The notes beneath the pieces were generated by a model. The model was not told the DNA's origin. It did no database searches and worked only from the letters and a program-made list of their open reading frames with translations. Source: Candidatus Iainarchaeum sp. (lineage in GTDB: Archaea; Iainarchaeota; Iainarchaeia; Iainarchaeales; 0-14-0-20-30-16). Taken from it: a DNA stretch of 32,000 nucleotides. The stretch is taken from positions 180,001 through 212,000 of the forward strand of contig JAQTTP010000001.1 of assembly GCA_028710695.1 (NCBI GenBank). Reading direction: 5' to 3'. Each line of letters starts with the position of its first letter. The first letter of the stretch is position 1. Shown here in pieces: positions 1 to 8,141 of this stretch. The position numbers and the translations under genes were made by a program.

Positions 1-789
1 CCGTGGTCTGTTTGGAAGTTGTTGCCTTTCAGTTGATCTGGCTCTTACCCTCATTATAACACTTACTCTGTCAAATCTAAACTTAAAGCCGCTCTTTTCT
101 AGTTCGGCATTTAATTTTCTCGCAATATCATCTAATTTTGTTCCCTTTAAATATTCTGAAAGAATCAAAGCATTTTGTTTTTTTAATTCTCCGATTGAAA
201 AAGAACTCCCTGGAAAAGGTCTTAAGTCTTTTATGTGTTGTGGGACTTCAGATAAATAGTTTACTATTGATGTTATGCTCATGCCAAGTAACTCAGCAAG
301 GTCCTCATTTGAGAGCCTAGGATCTTCTTTTACTAATCTGGCAACTTCTGCAATCTTTGGGTTTACTGGGTCTTGTTTATGTAAAGAATATTCCGCATCC
401 CAATATTTTCTTACTGCTTCTAGATCAGCATCTAACAGCATTTTTCCAGTTTCTCCAGAATATTGTGGAAGACTTAAAACATCACTTATTTGTGCCCCAG
501 CATCTAGCCGTTCTTTAAGATCGTGCCGTCTTGTAATATTTTCTTCTCTTTGCCCTACTATTGCTGCTCTTTTTCCAACTGGCACATGAAGGCCTTCTCT
601 TTCTAAATCCAACAATATTTTCCCTGCTTTTCCATATGAAAAGCCATGTTCTTGAACTAATTCTGTTGCTGTTACGGACCCATGTTTTTTAATGATGTCT
701 AATGCTCGTTTTCTTTCTGTTCGATAATCTTTTATTTGTTGTTTTCGTTCTTGCCCGTATTTCTTTCTCCAACCGGTTCTTATTTTCAT
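1..789 (-). CDS. Hypothetical multi-HTH DNA-binding protein; the 3' end runs off the left window edge
   Basis: My own minus-strand translation from the ATG at 789 gives MKIRTGWRKKYGQERKQQIKDYRTERKRALDIIKKHGSVTATELVQEHGFSYGKAGKILLDLEREGL... It stays open for all 263 codons down to position 1, so it is absent from the ORF track (no stop in window). It has a winged-helix-like segment plus two more HTH-like segments (LSNEDLAELLGMSITSIVNYL; TKLDDIARKLN). The + ORFs 138..320 and 275..589 look like antisense shadows. Confidence 0.55.
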   Translation of the reverse strand, partial: MKIRTGWRKKYGQERKQQIKDYRTERKRALDIIKKHGSVTATELVQEHGFSYGKAGKILLDLEREGLHVPVGKRAAIVGQREENITRRHDLKERLDAGAQISDVLSLPQYSGETGKMLLDADLEAVRKYWDAEYSLHKQDPVNPKIAEVARLVKEDPRLSNEDLAELLGMSITSIVNYLSEVPQHIKDLRPFPGSSFSIGELKKQNALILSEYLKGTKLDDIARKLNAELEKSGFKFRFDRVSVIMRVRARSTERQQLPNRPR

Positions 790-831
790 GTAAAAAATAG
801 GCAAAAGAAGTATAAAAAGCTATTGTGTAGG

Positions 832-1569
832 CTACTTTTTAGACTTGCTGTTCCAAAGGGCATAGAAATAGTCTCTGTGTGTTTGCGCCATTTCTTTGCT
901 GTGTATCATAAAAGCAATAATATTTTCTTTTGATACTAACTTTAGAACTACTTTGTCCCCATATATCCAAACAGTTTGAGGATTGGTAAAAGTTTTTGGA
1001 AGATATTTTACAGAAACAAATTTTTCGGTTATTAATTTTTTGTAATATTTTTTCCCAGTCTCTGTTGGTGTCACTAGAACTTTTCTATGGATTTTTTTGT
1101 TAATTCTCTTTTTATTAAATATATCTAAATATATTGGATAAAGATCTGGCGCATTTCCTGATGACCCAATAGTAAGCCATTCTTTTCCAGTGTTTATTAT
1201 ATCGTCAAAGATTGCTTTTATTCCTTCTTTACCTTCATATGTTTCTGAAAATATGTTTGTTTTCTTTACTTTGTATTTTTCTTCTAAAGCAGAAATTTCA
1301 GTATCAATATTGTTATTATACTCCTCTAAAATGTGTTTAATTTTTTGTGGATTTGTTGCTATAAAATATTTTTTGTTTCCTTTAGAAAAATGAGACACTA
1401 AGCCTTTTTCTATTAACCTGTTTAAGGCATCATATGTCGCCCTTCTATGTAGATTTGTTTTTTTTGATATGTTTGTTGCAATGTCATTTTCTACAGCAAT
1501 TAAGTAATAATAACATTTTATTTCATTAGTAGTTAATCCTATTTGCTTAAGGCCTGAAAAATTATCCAT
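832..1569 (-). CDS. TrmB-family transcriptional regulator (N-terminal winged HTH)
   Basis: The sequence GLTTNEIKCYYYLIAVENDIATNISKKTNLHRRATYDALNRLIEKGLVSHF matches the TrmB-type wHTH pattern. It is a paralog of 17945..18661. Alignment with that paralog favours the ATG at 1569 (MDNFSGLKQIGL...) over the GTG at 1617 in the ORF track. It is divergent from a substrate-binding protein gene. Confidence 0.75.
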   Translation of the reverse strand: MDNFSGLKQIGLTTNEIKCYYYLIAVENDIATNISKKTNLHRRATYDALNRLIEKGLVSHFSKGNKKYFIATNPQKIKHILEEYNNNIDTEISALEEKYKVKKTNIFSETYEGKEGIKAIFDDIINTGKEWLTIGSSGNAPDLYPIYLDIFNKKRINKKIHRKVLVTPTETGKKYYKKLITEKFVSVKYLPKTFTNPQTVWIYGDKVVLKLVSKENIIAFMIHSKEMAQTHRDYFYALWNSKSKK

Positions 1570-1603
1570 ATTGGTATTTATGTCCGAAAAGATTATATTT
1601 GTG

Positions 1604-1617
1604 GTGCTATTAAGCAC
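1604..1617. promoter_or_regulatory. Candidate operator: 5-4-5 palindrome GTGCT-atta-AGCAC in the TrmB/SBP divergent intergenic region
   Basis: This GC-containing inverted repeat sits in an otherwise AT-rich intergenic region, next to the TATA-like TTAATATAAATA. A palindrome with the same architecture occurs in the paralogous intergenic region at 18695..18708. Confidence 0.25.
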
Positions 1618-1656
1618 ACCATTAATATAAATAGGGGGTCATGTCAGAAAACTAGT

Positions 1657-2745
1657 ATGAAGAAATTGATTTGGATAGTTGGGCTATTATTGATTTTGGT
1701 GCTTGTTTTTGTAACATATTACTCTGTACAAAAAAATGCAATTACTGTGGGCGTAATAATCCCCCTTTCTGGCTCTGTTGCTGATTTGGGTTTACAGTCA
1801 AAAAACGGATTTGATCTTGCAATAAATGAGGGCATAGAATTTGAATTTATTTTTGAGGACTCTGTAGGAGACAAAACTGCAGCAATTAACGCTTATAATA
1901 AATTAGTATCTGCAGATAATGCAAAGATAATAATTTGTCAGTTGGGCGGGGTATGTGATGCTTTGGCAGACATTGCTAAAGATAATGATGTTATTCTGTT
2001 AGGTCTGACGTCAAATGACGATTTTGCTGTAAAAGGAAAAAATATTTTTAATGTGAGAGCAAGTGGTTATGGTATTGGAAAAAGGCTTGCAGAATATTTA
2101 ATAAAAGAAAATTATAATTCTGTTGCTGTTTTATATAATGAGGAACCAACACATGCCGCAATTTTTAAAGGATTTAAAAATTATTTTGAAGAAAAGGGCG
2201 GTAAAGTAGTTTACTCTGGTTTACATAAAAGTGATGAAAAAGAGTTTAAAACTGAATTGCTTAAGGCAAACAATGAAAAACCCGAAGGGTTTGTGTTATT
2301 TTCAAGATATGGAAACCTGATTAATATTATAAAACAAAAAGAAGAATTAGGAATAAACTTGCCAATATTTTCTAATACTGGTGTTGAATCTAAAGAGTTT
2401 ATTGATTCTCTTGGCCCACTTGCAAATGGAATAATCTTTTCAAGTGCTTCCTTTGACTATGATTTAGATTCAGATAAAGTAAAATATTTTATTAGCTTAC
2501 ATGAAAAAATGTTTGGAACAGATATCATTCCATTTTATACTGCTAATGCCTATGAAGTTGTAGACCTATTAAATTACCTAAAAAGTAAAGGCTGTAACAC
2601 AACAAAAGAAATAATTTCTTGTTTAGAAAATTTTGGGGGCTATGAAAGTGTATTGGGAAAAATCTCATTTGATTCTGATGGTGGCGTAATTAGAAACTAC
2701 CTGATTTATCAAATACAAGATGGCGCATTTGTTAAATTAGAATAG
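1657..2745 (+). CDS. Type-I periplasmic-binding-protein fold substrate-binding protein (Leu/Ile/Val-binding, LivK-like) with N-terminal membrane anchor
   Basis: The N-terminal TM segment (LIWIVGLLLILVLVFVTYY) is followed by ITVGVIIPLSGSVADLGLQSKNGFDLAINE..., the typical start of the LivJ/K-like PBP1 family. It is 362 aa and paralogous to 4195, 6402 and 18747. Confidence 0.8.
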   Translation: MKKLIWIVGLLLILVLVFVTYYSVQKNAITVGVIIPLSGSVADLGLQSKNGFDLAINEGIEFEFIFEDSVGDKTAAINAYNKLVSADNAKIIICQLGGVCDALADIAKDNDVILLGLTSNDDFAVKGKNIFNVRASGYGIGKRLAEYLIKENYNSVAVLYNEEPTHAAIFKGFKNYFEEKGGKVVYSGLHKSDEKEFKTELLKANNEKPEGFVLFSRYGNLINIIKQKEELGINLPIFSNTGVESKEFIDSLGPLANGIIFSSASFDYDLDSDKVKYFISLHEKMFGTDIIPFYTANAYEVVDLLNYLKSKGCNTTKEIISCLENFGGYESVLGKISFDSDGGVIRNYLIYQIQDGAFVKLE

Positions 2746-3099
2746 TTATTCTCTCCATTCTGTGTCTTCTGAGAAATTGGCTTTTGTAACAAACAAAAGT
2801 AAACCTTGTTTTCCTGCTTTTACTTCATGCCACTCATTTGGCTTTACAATGAATAGAACTCCTTGCTTTAGTTTTATAACTTGCTTTCCAGATTTAACAG
2901 AACCAGTTCCTTTTAGAACATATTCTGCTTCTTCTTGGCCTTTGTGATAATGTGGTCTTACAGTTGTGTTTGGCTTTATTTTTATATATTGTGTTTTGCA
3001 GAATTTTCCTTGCGCATTTTCTGTTGTCATGAATACTTTTCTAAAGTATCCATAATTTGTTTTTTGCCATTTCATCTTGCTTGGATTTATCTCTTGCAT
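2746..3099 (-). CDS. Cupin-domain protein
   Basis: Cupin motif 1 is present (PHYHKGQEEAEYVLKG, i.e. HxH..E......G), as is motif 2 (GVLFIVKPNEWHEV). It lies 9 nt downstream of the tandem Lrp gene on the same strand, so a shared operon is likely. Confidence 0.75.
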   Translation of the reverse strand: MQEINPSKMKWQKTNYGYFRKVFMTTENAQGKFCKTQYIKIKPNTTVRPHYHKGQEEAEYVLKGTGSVKSGKQVIKLKQGVLFIVKPNEWHEVKAGKQGLLLFVTKANFSEDTEWRE

Positions 3100-3108
3100 A
3101 CTATCACT

Positions 3109-4068
3109 TTAGAAAGGTGCAAAGTTTAGTTTAAGTTCTTTTTTAATATCCAAAACAGAATAATTCTTTATGTATTGCGGGAAATAATTCTTGAATGATT
3201 TGATTATAAAATCTGTTTCATCATCACTTGCAGTTTCAATCTCTAATTCCACATTATGGCTTCCAATACAATTTACATAATACAAAATTGGTGGGTGCCC
3301 TTGTGCAAATATTTCCATGTCACGCAGAATCTTTTCGTTAAAGCTTTGTAATGTAAATAGAATCATTTGGTATGTTCTACCTATTTTCTTTGGATCTATT
3401 GTAATCTTTGGCATTATTACTCCTAAGCTTTTTAGTTTTTTCATTCTGTTTCTTATTGTATCCGGTTTTATTTTTGTTTTTTTGCTTAATTCAATATAAC
3501 TTGCACGTGCATTTAAGGCGAGGGCTTTAATGATCCTTTCATCTTTATTATCTATATTTACTATTTCTTGATCGCCTAAATAGATAAACTCTTTTTTTTC
3601 TATATTTTCTACTAAATAGGATCTAGTAAATAAAGGCGCTTTTGTTAAAATTACCAAGTCCTCGGAATAAATATATACTCCAAATTTATTTTTTAGTCCA
3701 TTATAGAAATTTTTGTAATCTTTTAATTGTTTTGCTAAAAATGAGATAATATAATCATAATTACCTCTTGTGGATACTGCCCAAAAAACGCCTTGTGTTT
3801 TTTTAATAAACTCCTCAAATTCTGCTTCTTTTTCAGAGTTGATGTTTTGTAACCGCAAAAATAGTTTGTAGTGTGTGTTTCCAAGTTTTGCTAAATTGAC
3901 CATTAGCACAAATTTATCAATTATGTTATTTTTTTGTAGTCTTTCAATTCTATATGCTACTGCCTGTTCAGATAGTTTGACTTTTTTAGCAATTTGCTTA
4001 TTTGTTTGTCTACAATCTGCGTCAAGCTCATATAGAATTCTGTTGTCATACTTATCTAAAATCTGCAT
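3109..4068 (-). CDS. Tandem (covalently duplicated) Lrp/AsnC-family transcriptional regulator
   Basis: There are two complete HTH_AsnC plus RAM-like halves. The first is NRILYELDADCRQTNKQIAKKVKLSEQAVAYRIERLQKNNIIDKF... The second is ERIIKALALNARASYIELSKKTKIKPDTIRNRMKKLKSLGVI... It is 319 aa and divergent from the SBP at 4195. Confidence 0.8.
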   Translation of the reverse strand: MQILDKYDNRILYELDADCRQTNKQIAKKVKLSEQAVAYRIERLQKNNIIDKFVLMVNLAKLGNTHYKLFLRLQNINSEKEAEFEEFIKKTQGVFWAVSTRGNYDYIISFLAKQLKDYKNFYNGLKNKFGVYIYSEDLVILTKAPLFTRSYLVENIEKKEFIYLGDQEIVNIDNKDERIIKALALNARASYIELSKKTKIKPDTIRNRMKKLKSLGVIMPKITIDPKKIGRTYQMILFTLQSFNEKILRDMEIFAQGHPPILYYVNCIGSHNVELEIETASDDETDFIIKSFKNYFPQYIKNYSVLDIKKELKLNFAPF

Positions 4069-4194
4069 ATATTTGTATAATAACTAAAATATATATAAAT
4101 ATTTCTGTTTTATTCCAAATTTTATTAAAAGGCAATATATTGTCAGAAAAACCCAAGTTAAATATACTGGATAATACTAATTGGGGGTTTTCTA

Positions 4195-5307
4195 ATGAAT
4201 AAAAATTATTTGTTTTTTGGAGTAATTGTAATAGTAATTCTTGCTCTGATAATTGGGTTTTCCATTGGTGGCAATAATGATACCTTAAAAGTGGGATTAG
4301 TTGCACCAATGAGTGGAGATGTTTCTATCTGGGGCACTAATGTTTTAGTTGGTGCACAAATTGCTATTGATGAGTTTAACGCCAAGGGCGGACTAAATGG
4401 GCAAAAGATAGAATTAATTGTTGAAGATGGGCAATGCTCTGCAGAAGCGGGGGCTAAAGCATATAGTGCTTTACTTAATGGTAATGATTTAGTTGCTATG
4501 CTTGGACCTGTTTGTTCTGCAGAGGCAAGTGCGGGATTGCCACAAGGGGTGGTAGCAAATATGCCAACTGTAATTGCAACAGCATCTGCACCTGAGTTAA
4601 CGGCTTTGGGAGACAATATATTTAGAGTGTATCCATCTGATACCTTGCAAGGTGGATTTGCTGCAGAATACGTATATAATGTTTTGGGAAAGAAAAAAGT
4701 TGCAATTATTTATGCAAGCAATGCTTGGGGTCAAGGTGTTGCAAATAATTTTAAAACGGCATATCAAAAATTGGGTGGTGAAATAGTTTATTTTGATAAA
4801 GTATCACAAGATGAAGTTGAGGTAAAAGATGTAATTAACAAATCAAAATCAACAAATCCAGATATGTTGTTTTTGCCAATATATCCTAAAACAATAATGG
4901 CAATATTAAAAACAAAAGATGAATTGAATTGGAATATTCCTGTATTGGGTGGGGATGCTACTCTTTCTGAAGAGGTTATTAAAAGTAATTTAGGAAATGA
5001 AATTTTGTTCACACAACCACAATTCAATATCTCTGAAGAACTAAAAGAAAAAGTAAAAAAGAAGAATGGGGAAAACTTTATGATAAATGTTGGTTCTTCA
5101 TTTGGTTATGATGCTGCAATAGTTCTTTTGACTGCATTAGAAAATGCAGATTCCTTAAGTCACGAGGACGTAATAAAAGAATTGGCAAAGACAAAAATCA
5201 GCGGAATTTCAAATTCTGTAATTGAATTTGATGCAGAAGGAGATTTAAAAACAGGGACTTTTGAAGTTCAAATAATAAAAAACAATCAAGCAATTCCGGC
5301 GGAATAA
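4195..5307 (+). CDS. LivK-like type-I substrate-binding protein with N-terminal membrane anchor
   Basis: LKVGLVAPMSGDVSIWGTNVLVGAQIAIDEFNAKGGLNGQKIELIVEDGQC is the classic Leu/Ile/Val-binding-protein N-terminal signature. An SD-like TTGGGGGT lies upstream. Confidence 0.85.
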   Translation: MNKNYLFFGVIVIVILALIIGFSIGGNNDTLKVGLVAPMSGDVSIWGTNVLVGAQIAIDEFNAKGGLNGQKIELIVEDGQCSAEAGAKAYSALLNGNDLVAMLGPVCSAEASAGLPQGVVANMPTVIATASAPELTALGDNIFRVYPSDTLQGGFAAEYVYNVLGKKKVAIIYASNAWGQGVANNFKTAYQKLGGEIVYFDKVSQDEVEVKDVINKSKSTNPDMLFLPIYPKTIMAILKTKDELNWNIPVLGGDATLSEEVIKSNLGNEILFTQPQFNISEELKEKVKKKNGENFMINVGSSFGYDAAIVLLTALENADSLSHEDVIKELAKTKISGISNSVIEFDAEGDLKTGTFEVQIIKNNQAIPAE

Positions 5308-5328
5308 TTTCCGCCCCTCTTTTTTTAT

Positions 5329-6291
5329 TTAGAACGGAACAAAGTTTAGTTTTAATTCTTCTTTTACTGTAAGTACTGTATAGTTCTTTATATACTTGAA
5401 AAATTGTTTTCTGAAATCATTAATTATTTGCTCAGTTTCTTCATTGTTTTTTGTTTCCATTTCTAATTCTATGTTGTGATTTCCAATACAATTAATATAG
5501 TAAATAATCTCTGGATATCTTGTTGCAAAAGACTGCATTTCTTTTTGTGTTCTTACATCAAAACTCTGCAATGTTATTGTGGCCAAGGTATATGTTCTTC
5601 CAATCTTTTTTTCATCAATAGTTATTTTTGCTCCAGTTATTGCCCCGAGTTTTTTTAATTTGTCATATCTGTTTTTGACTGTGTCGGGGGTTATCCCAGT
5701 GATTTTACCTAGTTCAATATAATTTAATCTTGCGCTGTTTCCTAACGCGTGTAATATTTTTTTGTCTTTTTCATCCAGTATTACCGTTTCTCTTATTCCC
5801 CCATATAATATTTCTCTTTTTTCTGGGCTGTTTTTTAGATATGATCTGTTAAGTAAAGTTCCGTGTGTAAGCAGAGAAAGTTCTTCAGAATAAACATATG
5901 GCCCCCAAATTTCTTTTATTTTGTCATACATCTCTTTATAATCTAATAAATCTTTTGCAAGATATGAAATCACGTAATCATACAAACCTAAAGTTTTTCC
6001 AGCCCAAAAAATATTGTCTTCTTTTTTAATATAATTTATGAACTCTTGCTCTTTTTCTGGCGATATATTTTGTAGTTTTAGATATAATTTATAATGTGTA
6101 TAACCCATTCTTCGGGGGTTAGTCATAAGTACAAATTTTTTTATTACTCCTTCCTTTAGCATTTTGTCTATTCTATATGCTACTGTTTGCTCTGAAACCT
6201 TTGCTTTTTTTGCAAGTTGTTTATTGGTTTGTCTTGAATTTAGATCTAGTTCATAAAGTATAGAATAATCTGTAGGGGTTAAATTAATCAT
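5329..6291 (-). CDS. Tandem (covalently duplicated) Lrp/AsnC-family transcriptional regulator, paralog of 3109..4068
   Basis: MINLTPTDYSILYELDLNSRQTNKQLAKKAKVSEQTVAYRIDKM... aligns from residue 1 with the paralog, so I place the start at the ATG at 6291 rather than 6360. The second HTH is KKILHALGNSARLNYIELGKITGITPDTVKNRYDKLKKLGAI. Confidence 0.8.
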   Translation of the reverse strand: MINLTPTDYSILYELDLNSRQTNKQLAKKAKVSEQTVAYRIDKMLKEGVIKKFVLMTNPRRMGYTHYKLYLKLQNISPEKEQEFINYIKKEDNIFWAGKTLGLYDYVISYLAKDLLDYKEMYDKIKEIWGPYVYSEELSLLTHGTLLNRSYLKNSPEKREILYGGIRETVILDEKDKKILHALGNSARLNYIELGKITGITPDTVKNRYDKLKKLGAITGAKITIDEKKIGRTYTLATITLQSFDVRTQKEMQSFATRYPEIIYYINCIGNHNIELEMETKNNEETEQIINDFRKQFFKYIKNYTVLTVKEELKLNFVPF

Positions 6292-6401
6292 AACATAGAA
6301 TTTGTAGGCAAGATTTATTAAATATTTCGGAAATATTCTAAATTTGTCTGTTTGGTACATAAATATTCCTTATAATCAGAATGTAATTGGGGGTATCTAT
6401 T

Positions 6402-7502
6402 ATGAATTTTAAAGCAGTTTTGTTTGGAGTAATAGCATTAATTATCTTGGCAGTAATAATTGGTTTTTCTGTTGGTGGAGATAAAGATGTGATAAAGATT
6501 GGGATCATTGCACCACTGACTGGCGATATTGCAAGCTGGGGCCAAAATGGGCTTGCAGGAGTTGAATTGGCTGTAAAAGAAATAAATGACGCAGGCGGAA
6601 TAAATGGATCTTTAGTTGAATTAATTGTTGAAGATGATAAAAGCACAGATGCAGTAAATCCAGCAAATAAATTAATTAATATAGATAATGTGGATGCATT
6701 AATATTTGCGGGGGGTTCAAATCAAGCTCAACCAATAATACCAATAGTAACTGAAAAACAAATTCCTTTGATTTTGACAGTTGCGTCTAATCCTGATCTT
6801 ACTTTGTCATCTGATTGTGTATTTAGAGTTTATCCTTCTGATACTGCACAGGGGAAATTTGCTGCAGAATATTTGTACAACAACCTTAATGTAAAAAACG
6901 TAGCAGTGATATATGAACAAAATCAGTGGGCAACAGGAGTAAAAGAGGTCTTTGAAAAAGGGTACAAAGGAACAATCGAAGAGGTAATTATTTTACAAAA
7001 ATACCAACAAGATTTTAAGACTGAACTAACAAAATTGGATAGTCTTGACGTAAACTATGTTTATGTTTTGGTATATCCTGAAACTGGAATGGCATTCTTA
7101 AACCAATACAAAACATTTGGATCTGACAAGAAAATATTTGGCGGAGATATGTTTGATAGTGGAGAATTAATAACAAGTGGATTTGCGGATGGGGTGTTAT
7201 ATACTGTGCCTAAAGTTACAACACCGGAATCTTTTAAAGAGGAAATAAAAACAATGCCTGCTTTTTCTACTTTAGAAATATCCTTGGCTGCGCCTTTGGG
7301 TTACGATGCAGCAAAGGTTCTGCTAACTGCTTTGGAAAATGTGGCTCCTTTAAGCTCAGAAAATTTGATAATTGAATTAAAGAAAACAAGTATTGCGGGA
7401 ATGTCAAATTCTCTTATCGAGTTTGATAATCATGGAGATTTAAAAACCCCTGGGTTCGAAGTAAAAATGATAAATAACAAGGAAGCAGTTCCAGTTAAAT
7501 AG
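6402..7502 (+). CDS. LivK-like type-I substrate-binding protein with N-terminal membrane anchor
   Basis: It contains IKIGIIAPLTGDIASWGQNGLAGVELAVKEINDAGGINGSLVELIVEDDKS. The C-terminus is closely similar to that of 4195..5307. I chose the ATG at 6402, preceded by the same AATTGGGGGT SD-like element as its paralog; the track start at 6387 is a non-ATG codon. Confidence 0.85.
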   Translation: MNFKAVLFGVIALIILAVIIGFSVGGDKDVIKIGIIAPLTGDIASWGQNGLAGVELAVKEINDAGGINGSLVELIVEDDKSTDAVNPANKLINIDNVDALIFAGGSNQAQPIIPIVTEKQIPLILTVASNPDLTLSSDCVFRVYPSDTAQGKFAAEYLYNNLNVKNVAVIYEQNQWATGVKEVFEKGYKGTIEEVIILQKYQQDFKTELTKLDSLDVNYVYVLVYPETGMAFLNQYKTFGSDKKIFGGDMFDSGELITSGFADGVLYTVPKVTTPESFKEEIKTMPAFSTLEISLAAPLGYDAAKVLLTALENVAPLSSENLIIELKKTSIAGMSNSLIEFDNHGDLKTPGFEVKMINNKEAVPVK

Positions 7503-7507
7503 GGGGC

Positions 7508-8119
7508 TTATTTTCTCCCCTTATTCTCTTTTATTGTTTTCATAATACTGCGGATGTATTCAGCTCGGTTCTTTGAAATTGTATTAATTTCAGATTGTGG
7601 TTGAATCATAATATGCACTGGAATCTTATTGAAAATAATTTTTACATAAATTTGGTTTGTGATTTTGCTGTCTGTGTCTCTGTGTTTTTGGACGGACCCG
7701 AAAAAGTTTTCTGGATTTTTCATTCCTTTTATTTTTTGTAATTTATATTTTTTTAAAATTAGATCTAAAACTTTGTGGCAGTCTTCCTCCGTTTTTGGTA
7801 GAATTTTTATTCCAATGAAATCTGTTAAAGCGTTTTTTAATTCCTTGCCAACAATTTTACAGTAGTAATATTTTCGATTTATGCTGTGAATAGTTTTTAT
7901 TCTTGAAATATAGTCACAAGAAATTCCAGTAAATTTTATTGCAAATTTTAGTTCTTTTAGAAGCTTTTTTTTGGTGGCAAATAACTCTTTATGGTTTCCT
8001 TTTATAGACCTAATTAGTTTGTATTGCTTTGGAATGGTTAGGCGTAAAATTAGGCTTTTTATGTGGCCAAGAAACATCTCTTTTTTGTGTTTTAGATAAA
8101 TCCATAAAAAGGAATACAT
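7508..8119 (-). CDS. Divergent RelA/SpoT-like (small-alarmone-synthetase-like) nucleotidyltransferase domain protein
   Basis: The motif order matches the RelA_SpoT synthetase fold. SRIKTIHSINRK corresponds to RxKxxxSxxxK. TDFIGIKILPKTEEDCHKVLDLI corresponds to DxxGxR...dDcy.v. MKNPENFFGS corresponds to nPKxxGYrS. PVHIMIQPQ corresponds to vEiQiRT, with the Glu replaced. I chose the ATG at 8119 because AAGGAG lies about 8 nt upstream; the track start at 8149 is GTG. Confidence 0.5.
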   Translation of the reverse strand: MYSFLWIYLKHKKEMFLGHIKSLILRLTIPKQYKLIRSIKGNHKELFATKKKLLKELKFAIKFTGISCDYISRIKTIHSINRKYYYCKIVGKELKNALTDFIGIKILPKTEEDCHKVLDLILKKYKLQKIKGMKNPENFFGSVQKHRDTDSKITNQIYVKIIFNKIPVHIMIQPQSEINTISKNRAEYIRSIMKTIKENKGRK

Positions 8120-8141
8120 GCTGGGCTCCTTTTTTTTATTT

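Noticed and set aside
138-589. + strand ORFs 138..320 and 275..589
   Set aside because: The opposite strand is open for the full 789 nt and has a plausible HTH-containing product, so these are antisense shadows.
4206-4616. 136-aa antisense ORF inside the SBP gene. Similar antisense ORFs occur at 6338..6646, 13603..13788, 14506..14820, 15097..15315, 20182..20580, 24009..24302, 24534..24977, 27104..27632 and 31044..31601.
   Set aside because: They are low-complexity shadow ORFs on the strand opposite genes with strong family signatures, and they have no start context or motifs of their own.
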